Below, in pieces: positions 30,633 through 40,068 of a stretch of 64,000 bases of DNA (the stretch's first letter is position 1; every line of letters starts with the position of its first letter). Both the position numbers and the translations under genes were made by a program. Under the pieces are notes generated by a model, which was not told the origin of the DNA, made no database searches, and worked only from the letters and a program-made list of their open reading frames with translations. Source of the DNA: Candidatus Buchananbacteria bacterium. GTDB taxonomy: Bacteria; Patescibacteriota; Patescibacteriia; CAIXNZ01. The stretch is from contig WJKP01000011.1 of NCBI GenBank assembly GCA_014729025.1, positions 6,500-70,499 on the forward strand. The letters are read 5' to 3'.

Positions 30633-31309
30633 ATATTGATTTATTAACAAAATGCGAATGTAATTGTGTTTTTTGTGATAAGCAGACTGTTAAGGGTGTT
30701 GAATCTATTAATGAACTAAAAGATATTTTGGAGGATTTTAATGAGTCAATAATTTTTTTAGGTGGACAAGAACCATTTAATTTTAAGGATTTAGATTTAT
30801 TAATTGCTTTTTTAAAAAATAAAGCGCCTGATAGCAAAATAATAATAAAATCTTCAGGTTGTTTTGATTATAAAAAATTGCCCCGGGTTTTATTTGAAAA
30901 AATCGAGATAATAGAATTGCCATTATATTCTTGCTCAAGTGAAATACACAATAAAATAATGGGGAATAATCAGGCTTGGGAACTGCTTTTTGCTTTTGTT
31001 GATTTTTTAAAAGAAAATAATTTACAGAATAAAATTTTGTTTCATACAATGGTTTTAAAGGATAATTTTAAAGAATTATTTGCTATTTATGATTTTGTTT
31101 TAGACAATTTACCTGATCAGCAGTATTTTAAGATTATTTACCCCTTGAAAAATATAAGTAAAATAGAATATGAAAAAATTATTGTACCGCAAGATTTAGT
31201 TATTAAGCAGCTATTTGCTGATTTCCCAGAAGATATATTGCAAAATAAAATTGAATTAATAAATTTCCAACCTTCTAAAGAACAAATTAAATTTAGAAAT
31301 GTTTTATAA
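30629..31309 (+). CDS. Short, divergent radical SAM protein
   Basis: CECNCVFC, GGQEP; lacks the C-terminal Cys cassette of its neighbours. Confidence 0.8.
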   Translation: MNIDLLTKCECNCVFCDKQTVKGVESINELKDILEDFNESIIFLGGQEPFNFKDLDLLIAFLKNKAPDSKIIIKSSGCFDYKKLPRVLFEKIEIIELPLYSCSSEIHNKIMGNNQAWELLFAFVDFLKENNLQNKILFHTMVLKDNFKELFAIYDFVLDNLPDQQYFKIIYPLKNISKIEYEKIIVPQDLVIKQLFADFPEDILQNKIELINFQPSKEQIKFRNVL

Positions 31310-31314
31310 ATTTT

Positions 31315-33105
31315 ATGAGTCGTGTTGATATAAAAATAGGTTTTGCTTGCAATAATATGTGCCAATTTTGTGTGCAAGGAGATAAAAGGTTTAAATTTAA
31401 AAACCGTACGCTTAATGAAATAAAAAAAGCGTTAAAAACAGCTAACGCGCAAGGCAGTCAGGGGGTTGTTTTTACTGGTGGTGAACCAACATTACATGAC
31501 AATATTTTAGAGGCAGTTAAGTATGCTAATGATTTAGGTTTTCAATCAATTCAGTTGCAAACTAATGGTCGGATGCTGGCTTATTTTGGTTTTTGTCAAA
31601 AATTAATAAAAGCCGGTATAAATGAATTTTCACCAGCCTTGCATGCTTCAATACCCCAAATTCATGATGAATTAACCAGTAGTCCTGGCGCTTGGGAACA
31701 AGTTGTACAGGGTATTAAAAATTTAAAATTATTAAATCAGTTTGTTTTAACAAATACTGTGATAACCAGCAAGAATTATAAAGATTTACCTGCTTTAGCC
31801 AAGTTATTTATTGATTTGGGCGTGGATCAATTCCAGTTTGCTTTTGTTCATATTTTGGGCAGCGCAGCTCAGCATAAAGACTGGCTGGTGCCTCAAAAAT
31901 CAGAGATTATGCCTTACGTAAAAAAGGGGTTAGATGTTGGCATTAAAGCAAACAAGAGGGTTATGACAGAAGCAATTCCGTATTGCTTAATGACTGGTTA
32001 TGAGGATTACATTGCAGAAAAGATAATGCCTGAAACACAAGTTGTTGATGCTGAAGGCGTGATCGCCAGTTATGCTAAATATCGGCATACAGAAGGTAAG
32101 GTTAAGAGCAAAGAATGTGAGACATGCAAATATTTTAAAATTTGCGAAGGTCCGTGGAAAGAATATCCGGAAATTTACGGTTGGAATGAATTTATACCAA
32201 TAAAGAAATTATCAATAAATAAAAAAAAACAAATAAATAATAATTTTAAAAAAAATAAAAATGATATAGCCTTTTTTAATTTTGTTGGTAAATTTAATTT
32301 AATTGATTTTAAGGAGTATTTGCCAAATTTAATCTCATTTAAAATAATAAAAAATGAAAAAAATAGTTATTGCGTATTATTAAAAAATGGCGATGATGAT
32401 GTTTTTTTAAAAACTTATCGATGGCAAGGGAATAAATTTTATAATTTTGTTAAAATTTATAATTCTTTATCAAAAGAAATCAATTTGCCACAGATAATCT
32501 CTATATCTGATTTTGTCGTGCCAGAAACAAATGAAAAAATTTTCCTTGTATTAACTGACTACCTGAAAGATTTGGTTAATAATAAAGATAAATTTAAAGA
32601 AGCAAATCTTAAATTAATAATTGATCAGGTCGTAAGATTGCATCAAATTGATAATGTTATTATTAAAAATAATATGTTTAATAATAAATTTTTTTTAGAT
32701 CAAATGATTATAAAAAATAATCCCATTGATATTAATAAAATCATTTATTATTTAAAAGATAAGCTTGATAAAATTTCAGCCCAGGGTTTGTGTCATTTTG
32801 TTTTAAAACCTGAACATTTTATTTTTAATAAAAATAAAGTATACATGATTGATCTTGATAATATAAGTTATGATTATTTGATATTCGATTTAGCTGCTTT
32901 AATTGAAAGATTTTTATATAAAGATAAATATTCTTATACAAGAAAATATCTAAAAGATTTTGTAACATTATATTTTAAAAAAAATAAAAAAGTTAAATTT
33001 AATAAGAATGTATTGTATCAAGCCTGTAAGTTGATGGCTTATTATCAAAATGGTAGAGCTTTTCAGGATTTTGGACCGCTTGATGAATTTTTCAATGAAT
33101 TATAA
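31315..33105 (+). CDS. Radical SAM (HxsC-like) fused to an APH/choline-kinase-like domain
   Basis: CNNMCQFC, TGGEPT, IPYC, CETCKYFKICEG; C-terminal VFLK...LH...CHFVLKPEH...MIDLD...DL. Confidence 0.85.
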   Translation: MSRVDIKIGFACNNMCQFCVQGDKRFKFKNRTLNEIKKALKTANAQGSQGVVFTGGEPTLHDNILEAVKYANDLGFQSIQLQTNGRMLAYFGFCQKLIKAGINEFSPALHASIPQIHDELTSSPGAWEQVVQGIKNLKLLNQFVLTNTVITSKNYKDLPALAKLFIDLGVDQFQFAFVHILGSAAQHKDWLVPQKSEIMPYVKKGLDVGIKANKRVMTEAIPYCLMTGYEDYIAEKIMPETQVVDAEGVIASYAKYRHTEGKVKSKECETCKYFKICEGPWKEYPEIYGWNEFIPIKKLSINKKKQINNNFKKNKNDIAFFNFVGKFNLIDFKEYLPNLISFKIIKNEKNSYCVLLKNGDDDVFLKTYRWQGNKFYNFVKIYNSLSKEINLPQIISISDFVVPETNEKIFLVLTDYLKDLVNNKDKFKEANLKLIIDQVVRLHQIDNVIIKNNMFNNKFFLDQMIIKNNPIDINKIIYYLKDKLDKISAQGLCHFVLKPEHFIFNKNKVYMIDLDNISYDYLIFDLAALIERFLYKDKYSYTRKYLKDFVTLYFKKNKKVKFNKNVLYQACKLMAYYQNGRAFQDFGPLDEFFNEL

Positions 33106-33111
33106 TTATAT

Positions 33112-34623
33112 ATGATTGATATATATTATAAAAAAGAACTTCAGAGTATTATTGCACCCATGCAGATAGGGCGCCAATATTTTAATTGGGATTTTAAGAA
33201 AATCATTTTAAATCGTATCGGCCCCTATTTTTTACAGGAAATAATTTTTTATTTTTTAAAAGATAATAATAATGCGTTAATGATATATTTGAGAAAAAAT
33301 AATGAATATTATCAATTGGATTACCAAGTTTTAAATGATGAATTATCAGCAAAAAAAATTTTTATTTTATTTGATAATTTATTAATAAAAAAACAAATTA
33401 TTCTTGAAAGAAGTTTAGTTTTTGCAGCCTTGCAAAACAATGAAAAAAATTTTTTAAATCGATTATCTCAAATTGATGAGAAAGAATTAATCAAATTATT
33501 ATCATTACCAGAGATTAAATTTATAAATAATAATGTAGAAGATAGTGATATTAAAATTTTATTTGATTTTAATTTAAATAGTTTTGGCCTTGGCGATTAT
33601 TTGATGAGCGATAGGAGTTTAATTAAAAATGGTTCAAATAATTTTATAATAACTGATTTGTATTCAGTTTTTGAGGGTAATAAAAATTTCAATGCTATTT
33701 ATTCGGATTTGAATTTATGTTTTTCTGAAAATGGGTTATTAGATAAGACCGTTGAACTTATTGATTATAACACCAAGCTTGATTATTTGGATGAAAATTT
33801 AAAAAATACTTATCATTTATTTTTATATAATCAATTTTATAAATTAATAAAAAATTCTTTAAAATTATTTAATTTTAAAGAATACCAGATGAATCCTCAA
33901 AAAGGGATTGATTTGTTATTATCAGAAATTAATAAAATAAAGAAAATAAATATACATTCCTTAGATTCCATGAATGATGAGAAAAATGAATTATATTTAA
34001 ATAATAAAGAATTTATAAAAATTATTGGTAAGCAAATTAAAAAAAATAAAAAAATCATTGGGATTAGCGCAAATTATGCCGAAGGTTTTCCTGATAATGC
34101 GCCTAAAGGCTGGGCCTTGGCTAATTGGTTGGAATTAATTAATTTATTAAGTCAAAAATTTAATGATTTGCATTTTTTTTTATTGCCAGTTAATAATGAA
34201 GATATTTTAAATATAGAAATATCTGAAAATAATTATCATTTTAAAATATTTAATAATTTAAAAGATAAAGTTGATTTGGTTTTTATTGATGAATTGATTA
34301 AAAAATATATTTTTAAAAAAAGCATATTTGATAATATTTTATTAAAAAATACAAGTTTAGAATTTTTAAAAACAGCAATAAGTTTTTGTGATTTGGTAAT
34401 AGCTTTGGATAGTGCTCCGGCTCATATGGCTGCTTCGCTAGAAGTGCCTGTTGTTTCTTTGTTTAGTGAAAAAGGCGATATTAGAAAATTCAAGCCATTG
34501 GGTGATAAATCTTTTACCTTGCATAAAGAAAAAGAAGGGGAATATTTAAATATTAATAATATTTCAGCTCAAGAAGTTTTTGATCTATTAATTAAAGAAA
34601 ATTTAATTATCAAACGAAAATAA
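33112..34623 (+). CDS. Glycosyltransferase family 9 (heptosyltransferase-like) with N-terminal extension
   Basis: GLGDYLM, KGW...W.EL, CDLVIALDSAPAHMAASLEVPVVSLF, NISAQEV. Confidence 0.85.
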   Translation: MIDIYYKKELQSIIAPMQIGRQYFNWDFKKIILNRIGPYFLQEIIFYFLKDNNNALMIYLRKNNEYYQLDYQVLNDELSAKKIFILFDNLLIKKQIILERSLVFAALQNNEKNFLNRLSQIDEKELIKLLSLPEIKFINNNVEDSDIKILFDFNLNSFGLGDYLMSDRSLIKNGSNNFIITDLYSVFEGNKNFNAIYSDLNLCFSENGLLDKTVELIDYNTKLDYLDENLKNTYHLFLYNQFYKLIKNSLKLFNFKEYQMNPQKGIDLLLSEINKIKKINIHSLDSMNDEKNELYLNNKEFIKIIGKQIKKNKKIIGISANYAEGFPDNAPKGWALANWLELINLLSQKFNDLHFFLLPVNNEDILNIEISENNYHFKIFNNLKDKVDLVFIDELIKKYIFKKSIFDNILLKNTSLEFLKTAISFCDLVIALDSAPAHMAASLEVPVVSLFSEKGDIRKFKPLGDKSFTLHKEKEGEYLNINNISAQEVFDLLIKENLIIKRK

Positions 34624-34626
34624 TTT

Positions 34627-35901
34627 ATGGAAATTGGGATTAGAGATAAAAATGAAAACGATTTAGTCAAAAAAATTATTAATTATAATAAAATTAATAA
34701 TTTAGTAAAACCGATAAAAAGATATGAAATTACGGCGATTGATTTGGTTAATAAAAATTTATATTTAAAAATAAAAAATAACGAGACAGGTGATGTTTTG
34801 CGAATAGTTTTAACTACCAATAAGAGGAAAGATTTATTAAGTATAGATAATAAATTGTTTTTTTACTATTACTCAGATTATTTGAATAAATTTGATAATT
34901 TGCTTTGTAAAAATATAATGAAAATCATGTATAGTAATATTAATAATAATCGAGAATTATTTAATACTGCCATTGATTTAATAAAAAATGAAAATATTTT
35001 TGATAGAGATTTTGAATATTTTGAGGATGAAGATACCGGGCGTAAATTACAAGTAAATAAAAAAAATATAGCGAAATTAGAAAAAAATATTAATTTAAAT
35101 TTAATAAAAAACAAATGGCCCAATATGAATGTTGCTAATGAAATATTTAGTTATGATGAAACAAGACTTCGTTATAAATTAATTGATAAAAATAATCAAG
35201 CTTATTTTTTGAAAATTTTTACCGGTGCCAATAATGATATTGATAATTTAATAAAAATAAATAAATTATTAGCTGATAAAATAAATGTGCCGAAGGTTAT
35301 TGATTTTCAAAAAGATGATAAGTTTTATTGGGTATTATATGAATTTTTAGATCCCGCCAAGATTCTTGATAAACAAAAAATAAATTTAGCAGTTAAAGAA
35401 ATAGTAAAATTTCATAATGTTAAGTTTGATATGGGAAATCAACCAGAAGGTAGTAAATTTAATAAAGTTAAAAATAATTATTATTTATATAAAGAAGAAA
35501 TTATTGATAAGGATATTTTAGAAAAAGCATTAAATTATTTGCAGAATAATCTTGGCCCAAAAGGTTGGTGCCATTTTGATTTAGAAATGAGGCATTTTAT
35601 TTATTCTAATGATAAAATGTATTTAACTGATATTGATTCTATTAAATATGATTATATAGTTTTAGATCTCGGTTTATTTATTCGCTATTTACTTAAAAAA
35701 AATCAGTCGCATTTCATAGCGCCATTAATTGAATTATATTTAAAAAATAATAAGTCTTATAAATTTGATAAAAAAATATTATTTTATGCCACTATTATTA
35801 TGGTATATTATAAAGAGGATGAAAATTTAATTAGTAATCATAATTTACATAAAAATTTGAATCAAGAAATTAATTTAATTAGAAATTATTTTAATATTTA
35901 A
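34627..35901 (+). CDS. Aminoglycoside phosphotransferase/choline kinase-like protein
   Basis: YFLKIF, VPKVI, FH, CHFDLEMRH, LTDID, DLG. Confidence 0.8.
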   Translation: MEIGIRDKNENDLVKKIINYNKINNLVKPIKRYEITAIDLVNKNLYLKIKNNETGDVLRIVLTTNKRKDLLSIDNKLFFYYYSDYLNKFDNLLCKNIMKIMYSNINNNRELFNTAIDLIKNENIFDRDFEYFEDEDTGRKLQVNKKNIAKLEKNINLNLIKNKWPNMNVANEIFSYDETRLRYKLIDKNNQAYFLKIFTGANNDIDNLIKINKLLADKINVPKVIDFQKDDKFYWVLYEFLDPAKILDKQKINLAVKEIVKFHNVKFDMGNQPEGSKFNKVKNNYYLYKEEIIDKDILEKALNYLQNNLGPKGWCHFDLEMRHFIYSNDKMYLTDIDSIKYDYIVLDLGLFIRYLLKKNQSHFIAPLIELYLKNNKSYKFDKKILFYATIIMVYYKEDENLISNHNLHKNLNQEINLIRNYFNI

Positions 35902-35903
35902 AT

Positions 35904-37412
35904 ATGATACAATTAATTATAAATTATTCTATTGTTTCGCTTATTATTATAATAGGTTTGATAGTTACCCTTACTGATTTTCGAGAAAGCAGAATAAAGA
36001 ATAAATATATTAAATTAGGGATTTATATAGGGTTAATTTATTATATTATATTATTTTTCATTACTGTTTTGTCGCGTTTTTATGCTTTATCTTATTATTT
36101 CCCCCCTCAATATTATTTATTTATTTTAATTAATACTTTAATTGGTTTTATTTTGGCTTTTATTTTGTGGAATCTTAAATTATGGGCCGGAGGCGATGCC
36201 AAGCTTTTTACCCTTTATGTTTTTTTAATACCTTTATTTTTTTATTCAGAAGCATATTTGCCATTTTTCCCAGCTATTAATTTATTAATAAATATAATAA
36301 TTCCTATTTTTATTTATTTATTAATTAAGATGTTAATTTATCCAATCAGCTTATTTATTAGTCATTTGAAAAATCCCAAATTGGTCAAGGAATATTTTAA
36401 AAAACATAGAGAACAAAATAAGTTTGATAAATCAAAAATAAAAGAATATCTAAATAGTGGTCTTAGTTTTTTATTAATTTTAATTTTTTTCCAATTATTA
36501 AGAAATAAAGTTAATGAATTTTTAGATCCTTATTTGGGTAATATGGTTTATGCCACTTATTTTTTTATGGGTTTTGTTATTTTTAAACCATTGAGAGTTT
36601 TTTTAAAAGAAAAAGTTTTGCTTGTTTTAATTGGTGTATCGGCTTATTTTATTATTAGTTACTTTTATTTTCATGAACAGGTTTTTGCAGAATTGCATAA
36701 AGTTTTTGCCTTGCAAATGATTTTTATGATGTCTTATTTTTATATTTTTAAATATGGCCGAGCTTTGGGACAATTTTTATATAATTCAGCAGAAGTTAAA
36801 ATGGTTCCGGTTGAAGAATTAAGTTCTGGCAATTATATTAATAAAGGTTACATAAGAAAAATAATGGGGAATAGGAATAATTTAGATAATTTCAAACAAG
36901 ATATTGAAAATGTTTTGTCAGAAGAAGAACATAATAACTTAGCCCAATTGATTGAGGAAAAGGTGGGGCAAACTGGTAATGAAAAAAAACAATATAAGAT
37001 AATTTCTGTTTTCAGGAATTTACGTCCAGAGAGTGCTTTTAAAATTGCAAAACAGATATTTGAATATAAAAAACAAAAAAAACAAAGAAAAGAATTACTG
37101 GAAACAGTAAAAATAAAATTAAATGATAAGCAGAATAAGACCTTAGATAATATTTTAAATAACAATGATGATATTGATAATTTTTTAAAAAAAATTAAGG
37201 GGAAATTAAGCGAAGAACAAGCTCTAAGATTAAAAAGCATGATTGAAGAAAGGAATAAAGAGGTTGAGGATCAGGGCTTAGAGCCGATTAAACATATTAT
37301 ACTTCATAAAACATTTTCTTTTGCGCCTTTTATGTTATTGGGCGTTATAATTACTTTATTAACCAAAAGTTCAATTATTCATTTGATTTATGAATATATT
37401 TTGCACCGTTAG
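35904..37412 (+). CDS. A24 family prepilin/preflagellin-type peptidase with large cytoplasmic insertion
   Basis: TDFRESRIKN and WAGGDAKL (two catalytic Asp), multiple TMs, C-terminal FAPFMLLG. Confidence 0.85.
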   Translation: MIQLIINYSIVSLIIIIGLIVTLTDFRESRIKNKYIKLGIYIGLIYYIILFFITVLSRFYALSYYFPPQYYLFILINTLIGFILAFILWNLKLWAGGDAKLFTLYVFLIPLFFYSEAYLPFFPAINLLINIIIPIFIYLLIKMLIYPISLFISHLKNPKLVKEYFKKHREQNKFDKSKIKEYLNSGLSFLLILIFFQLLRNKVNEFLDPYLGNMVYATYFFMGFVIFKPLRVFLKEKVLLVLIGVSAYFIISYFYFHEQVFAELHKVFALQMIFMMSYFYIFKYGRALGQFLYNSAEVKMVPVEELSSGNYINKGYIRKIMGNRNNLDNFKQDIENVLSEEEHNNLAQLIEEKVGQTGNEKKQYKIISVFRNLRPESAFKIAKQIFEYKKQKKQRKELLETVKIKLNDKQNKTLDNILNNNDDIDNFLKKIKGKLSEEQALRLKSMIEERNKEVEDQGLEPIKHIILHKTFSFAPFMLLGVIITLLTKSSIIHLIYEYILHR

Positions 37413-37434
37413 ATATTTTTGTTAAAATATAGTT

Positions 37435-38844
37435 ATGATAAAAATTTATAATACTTTAACTAAAAAGAAAGAGGAATTTGAGCCACTTAAAGATAAAGTG
37501 GTTAAATTTTATCATTGTGGCCCTACAGTTTACTGGACACAGCATATTGGTAATTTGCGTGGTATGGTAATGGCTGATTTAATTAATCGTTCATTACGTT
37601 ATTTGGGTTATAAAGTAAAACTGGCGCGTAATTATACTGATGTCGGTCATTTGACTTCTGATCAGGACGAAGGTGAAGATAAAATAGCTAAAGGGGCCCA
37701 ACGTGAAGGTTTAAGTCCGCAGCAGATCGCCCAAAAATATATTAAAATTTTTGAACAAGATGTTAAGAAATTAAATATTCTAGAACCAGAAGTAAAACCC
37801 TTGGCAACCAAGCATGTTAAAGAAATGATTGATATGGTTAAGAATTTATTGGCGAAAGGTTATGCATATACGACTGATTTGGCTGTTTATTTTGATGTTA
37901 GCAAAACGCCTAATTACAATCAGTTATCCGGTAAAAAATTGGAAGAACAAATTAAAGGCGCTGGTAAGGGGGATGTTGAAGATCCCGGTAAAAAACATGC
38001 AGCTGATTTTGCTTTATGGTTTTTTAAGGCAGGTAAACATAAAAACGCTTTGCAAACTTGGTTTTCACCTTTTGAATCTTCTTTGGTTAAAGATGGTGAG
38101 GGGTTTCCTGGCTGGCATATTGAATGTTCAGCCATGAGTAAAAAATATTTAGGCAAGACTATTGATATTCATCTGGGCGGAGTAGAACATATTCCGGTTC
38201 ATCATACTAATGAGATTGCTCAGAGTGAAGCAGCCAATGAGGTTAAATTCGTCAATTATTGGCTGCATAACGAACATTTAACAGTTGATAATGGTAAAAT
38301 GGCCAAATCAGAAGGTACTGGTTATTCTTTACAAGAAATAGAAGATAAAGGGTTCGAAGCCTTGGCTTTACGTTATTTTTTTCTGCAGGCTCATTATCGT
38401 TCCAAACAAAATTTCACCTGGCAAGCGTTAGAAGCTGCTCAAAATGGTTATGATCATTTAAAAAATCAAATATTGGGTTTGGGTAAGAAAAAAGGCAGAA
38501 TTAATGCTGAATTTAAGACAGACTTTATTCAAGCGATCAGTGATGATTTTAATATCCCGCAGGCTTTAGCCGTGGCACATGATGTTTTAAAATCAGATTT
38601 AAGTGAAGCCGATAAATTAGCCACTATTTTGGATTTTGACCAAGTACTAGGTTTGAATCTGGCAAAAGTGAAAAAAGAAAAAATTAAAATTCCAGCCAAA
38701 GTAATCAAATTGGTTGAACAGCGTGAAGCAGCTAGAGCAATCAAAGATTGGGATCAATCGGATAAATTAAGAGATAAGATAAATCAATTAGGTTATCAAG
38801 TTGAAGATACTAATCAAGGCCAAGTAATTAAAAAGATTAGGTAA
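37435..38844 (+). CDS. cysS: Cysteine--tRNA ligase
   Basis: CGPTVY, HIGN, PGWHIECSAM, HHTNEIAQ, KMAKS. Confidence 0.98.
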   Translation: MIKIYNTLTKKKEEFEPLKDKVVKFYHCGPTVYWTQHIGNLRGMVMADLINRSLRYLGYKVKLARNYTDVGHLTSDQDEGEDKIAKGAQREGLSPQQIAQKYIKIFEQDVKKLNILEPEVKPLATKHVKEMIDMVKNLLAKGYAYTTDLAVYFDVSKTPNYNQLSGKKLEEQIKGAGKGDVEDPGKKHAADFALWFFKAGKHKNALQTWFSPFESSLVKDGEGFPGWHIECSAMSKKYLGKTIDIHLGGVEHIPVHHTNEIAQSEAANEVKFVNYWLHNEHLTVDNGKMAKSEGTGYSLQEIEDKGFEALALRYFFLQAHYRSKQNFTWQALEAAQNGYDHLKNQILGLGKKKGRINAEFKTDFIQAISDDFNIPQALAVAHDVLKSDLSEADKLATILDFDQVLGLNLAKVKKEKIKIPAKVIKLVEQREAARAIKDWDQSDKLRDKINQLGYQVEDTNQGQVIKKIR

Positions 38845-38848
38845 GCTT

Positions 38849-39391
38849 ATGACATTTTTATATTTGTTTTTAACACTTGCCTTACTTATTTTTTTGTATT
38901 TATTAATTTTTCGTTATAAAGTACCCTGGGTACCGATTTGGCAAAAAGATTTGGATCGTCTAAATGAATTAATTGAATTGTCAGATAATAAAGTTTTTTA
39001 TGATCTAGGTTGCGGGAATGGTCGGGTGCTTTTTTATTTTGCACAAAAATATCCACAGGTTAATTTTATTGGCATTGAACTATCATTGATTTTGTATTTT
39101 ATCTGTCAGTTTAGGAAATATTTAGGCAGATATGAAAATGTAAAAATAAAATTAGGTGATTATATGAAAACCGACTTGAATCAGGCTGATTATGTTTTTG
39201 TGTTTGCCAATCAGGAACCGATGCAGCAAATCGGCGCTAAGATAGAAAAAAAAGTGCATAAAAATTTAATTTTAATTTCTTATTGTTTTGAGATTAATAA
39301 TTGGCAGGATTTTTTAATCAAAAAAGATAAACCTTCGCCTGCTGATAATATTATTTATATTTATCAATATCAAAAGAAAAAAAAGTATTAA
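38849..39391 (+). CDS. Membrane-anchored class I SAM-dependent methyltransferase
   Basis: N-terminal TM, VPWVP, YDLGCGNGR, GIEL. Confidence 0.85.
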   Translation: MTFLYLFLTLALLIFLYLLIFRYKVPWVPIWQKDLDRLNELIELSDNKVFYDLGCGNGRVLFYFAQKYPQVNFIGIELSLILYFICQFRKYLGRYENVKIKLGDYMKTDLNQADYVFVFANQEPMQQIGAKIEKKVHKNLILISYCFEINNWQDFLIKKDKPSPADNIIYIYQYQKKKKY

Positions 39392-39535
39392 TTTACTTAT
39401 TTTTTGTCTAAAATAATAATAAATTTTTAGTATATTATTTTTTTAAAATAATATAATTAGGTTTAGTAAATTTAGTTTAAATTTTTGATTAAATATGGTA
39501 TAATTTGAACTATAATAGAGTTAAATTTAAATCAA

Positions 39536-40066
39536 ATGCCGGATGTTAATAAAAAACAAGAACAACCTGATAATCAGGAAACTTTAAATCAGCCGGAGAA
39601 AAAAGAAGAAGCCCCGGCTCGTATTGAAGTTGAGAAAAAAGTTGAAGCCGAAAAACCAGGTGAAACTGTTGAAGTCAAGGAAATCGAAGAAGAAAAAGAA
39701 GTGCCGAGCATGACTGTACCGACTACAGCTGAACCGATTAAGCCACAAGCTCCCAGTCCTGCTTTGGAAAAAATTGAAGATATTTTGGAAGAAGATTTAG
39801 AAGAAATTTATTTTAAAATGACGCCAGAAAAACAAGCCAGGTTTAAACAAACCGGCGAGGTAACAGCTTCCAAAATCGTCACACTTTTAGGAGAAACAAA
39901 AATTAAAGTAAAAAAAATATTAGAATTGATTAAAGAATGGTTAAAAATAATACCAGGCATTAATAAATTTTTTTTAGAACAAGAAGCTAAAATTAAAACT
40001 GATAAAATTTTAGATATAAAAGAAGAGCGCAAATCAGTTTTGCCTGAAGACGAAAATAAAATTTAA
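39536..40066 (+). CDS. Conserved hypothetical protein
   Basis: Acidic N-terminus; C-terminal WLKIIPGINKFFLEQEAKIKTDKI; 2 nt from the next gene. Confidence 0.7.
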   Translation: MPDVNKKQEQPDNQETLNQPEKKEEAPARIEVEKKVEAEKPGETVEVKEIEEEKEVPSMTVPTTAEPIKPQAPSPALEKIEDILEEDLEEIYFKMTPEKQARFKQTGEVTASKIVTLLGETKIKVKKILELIKEWLKIIPGINKFFLEQEAKIKTDKILDIKEERKSVLPEDENKI

Positions 40067-40068
40067 AA

